A DNA stretch of 62,997 nt, filler included, from Lenisia limosa (lineage: Eukaryota; Protista; Breviatea), in the NCBI GenBank assembly GCA_001655205.1. It is 15 parts of 15 records of this genome, joined end to end, with 100 filler letters (N's around TTAATTAATTAA, not from the genome) between each part and the next. Parts side by side here need not be neighbours in the genome. Positions count along the whole stretch, not along the records: positions 61,244 to 62,997 come from LPNZ01003203.1; 14 more parts are not named here. One strand, 5' to 3'. Positions within the stretch are counted from its first letter, which is position 1, and every line of letters begins with the position of its first letter. Position numbers and translations under genes: made by a program. The notes under the pieces are model-generated. The model saw nothing but the letters and a program-made list of their open reading frames with translations, did not search any database and was not told the origin of the DNA. Shown here piece by piece: positions 61,731 through 62,997 of this stretch.

Positions 61731-61976
61731 TCAACCCAAACCAACAGAAACTGGGGATTCTTCTACGGTTGAGGCCTCGTCTTTTCTAGCTTCTTCGATC
61801 TTCTCTGCGTTGTCTTCGGTCTTCTTTGGCTGTTCTTCAGCCTTCTCTGGCTGTTCTTCAGTCTTCTTCTCTTCGATTACAGGGGTGTCAGCGGTGGCTT
61901 CGTGAGGGGCAGGAACCTCGGATTCCATTGGAATTGGAGGAATCGAGGAAGAGGGAGAAGGGTTGTCGTCTCCCAT
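61731..61976 (-). CDS. First exon of an acidic, low-complexity hypothetical protein
   Basis: ATG at 61976: MGDDNPSPSSSIPPIPMESE...EEKKTEEQPEKAEEQPKK. Confidence 0.6.
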   Translation of the reverse strand: MGDDNPSPSSSIPPIPMESEVPAPHEATADTPVIEEKKTEEQPEKAEEQPKKTEDNAEKIEEARKDEASTVEESPVSVGLG

Positions 61977-62492
61977 GTTTATCTACTAAAAAATATCACT
62001 CAAAAAAGTGTAAAAAAGGGGGAGAGACGAAGGACACACACAAAACACAAAAGGGCAAGCCTGGAGCCTGGAAAATCAAAGCGGAAGCGGAAAGGTAGCA
62101 ATGTTGTTGTTTCTTCTTTCATTTTCTTCTTTTCCAAGACTCTTTTGTGCGTTATACAATTTGTTTAGAGACAATATACAAAGCAAACAGATTTAACCAG
62201 GGATAGGGGCAGCCTTCTGCACCACCCCCCTCCCTTCCCCAAAATACCGTTTCTACTTTCTCAAACCGCCCTGACGTTCCCTGGTAAACTTCCTTCAGTC
62301 AGTATTTCGGCCCACTGAGCCGTCCGTCTTACTCGCTCGCGCCAAGGTAGCCTCTAACCTGGGGTATAGGAGAACTTGATTATATTTATCCCTAGATCTA
62401 ACCGTATCTAGGGTAGTAAACATGTTTATAATAGCCCTAGATCTAACCGTAACCGTCCCTGATCCTAGCCAAGCTTCTCACTGCCGTTCATT

Positions 62493-62810
62493 ATGGCGGA
62501 CCGAAACTACAGTAAAAACTTTGTCGGACTTGTCCAGGTATGTAGGGGAATGGTAAAGAAGAGAGACAAAGATTCCTCTTCTCCTTCCACAATAAAGAAT
62601 CACGTTGAGGGACACAATCCGATCATTTTGCTTTGGGGCGACGTTTTCTCATGCGGTGCGGCAGAATTGTCAGCCAGCAGAGTTTATTTTGGGCTTTTTT
62701 TTATTTCATAAATTGTCTAACTTTACTCCATCATATAGGAGTTTGCCCAGAAAAACAAGTTGCCAGCACCGCTCTACAGTGACCGCATCATTTGCTACGA
62801 CCCTAATGAG
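62493..62810 (+). CDS. 5' exons of a hypothetical protein, possibly Kelch-like
   Basis: Exons read MADRNYSKNFVGLVQ|NHVEGHNPIILLWG and 62739-62810. The most protein-like frame of the last exon (GVCPENKLPAPLYSDRIICYDPNE) is not reached by canonical phase. Confidence 0.4.
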
Positions 62811-62997
62811 GTGGAGTACACATGCTCGTGGGGGGGGGGTAAAACGAAGGAAATTTATGAAATACAAATGCCATATCAACTATGTTGGCTGAAAACACAG
62901 GAGGTTTGATGAAAACAAAACAAACAAAGCTCAGAGTAAAACGAAGGAAATGCCGACGAAGACTATTGGCTCACCACGAACTGAATAATCTGAAACT

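Overview
This is an intron-rich, AT-rich eukaryotic (protist-like) nuclear sequence, and it is not one locus. It is about 15 short contigs joined by 14 artificial 100-bp linkers (44 N + TTAATTAATTAA + 44 N), with further N runs masking repeats or low-complexity tracts. Genes reconstructed by hand from GT-AG exons: bubblegum-type acyl-CoA synthetase, RIIAD1-like, SPT4, a diaphanous-type formin, NFS1, a PQ-loop SLC66A2-like gene, a TmcB/TmcC-like membrane protein, a laminin-EGF repeat protein, NSUN2/Trm4, an ARF/ARL GTPase, a C2 + QQQFDPN-repeat + DM14-like protein, type II PI4-kinase, an SLC12 (KCC-like) cotransporter and several orphans. The introns hold at least four small repeat families: a hAT-type MITE with 8-bp TSDs, a TA-TSD MITE, a 45-70 bp motif, and a modular repeat whose C-run end repeatedly forms the 3' splice site. 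Contig 35719-44973 is the accessory hot spot. It carries an intron-containing, frameshifted pogo/DDE_1 transposase next to an SPKK-tailed ORF. Across a 10-N gap lies a 4-kb intronless cluster of stop-interrupted orphan ORFs resembling a decayed endogenous virus or large-transposon cargo. No database searches were run; family calls rest on motifs recognised by eye.
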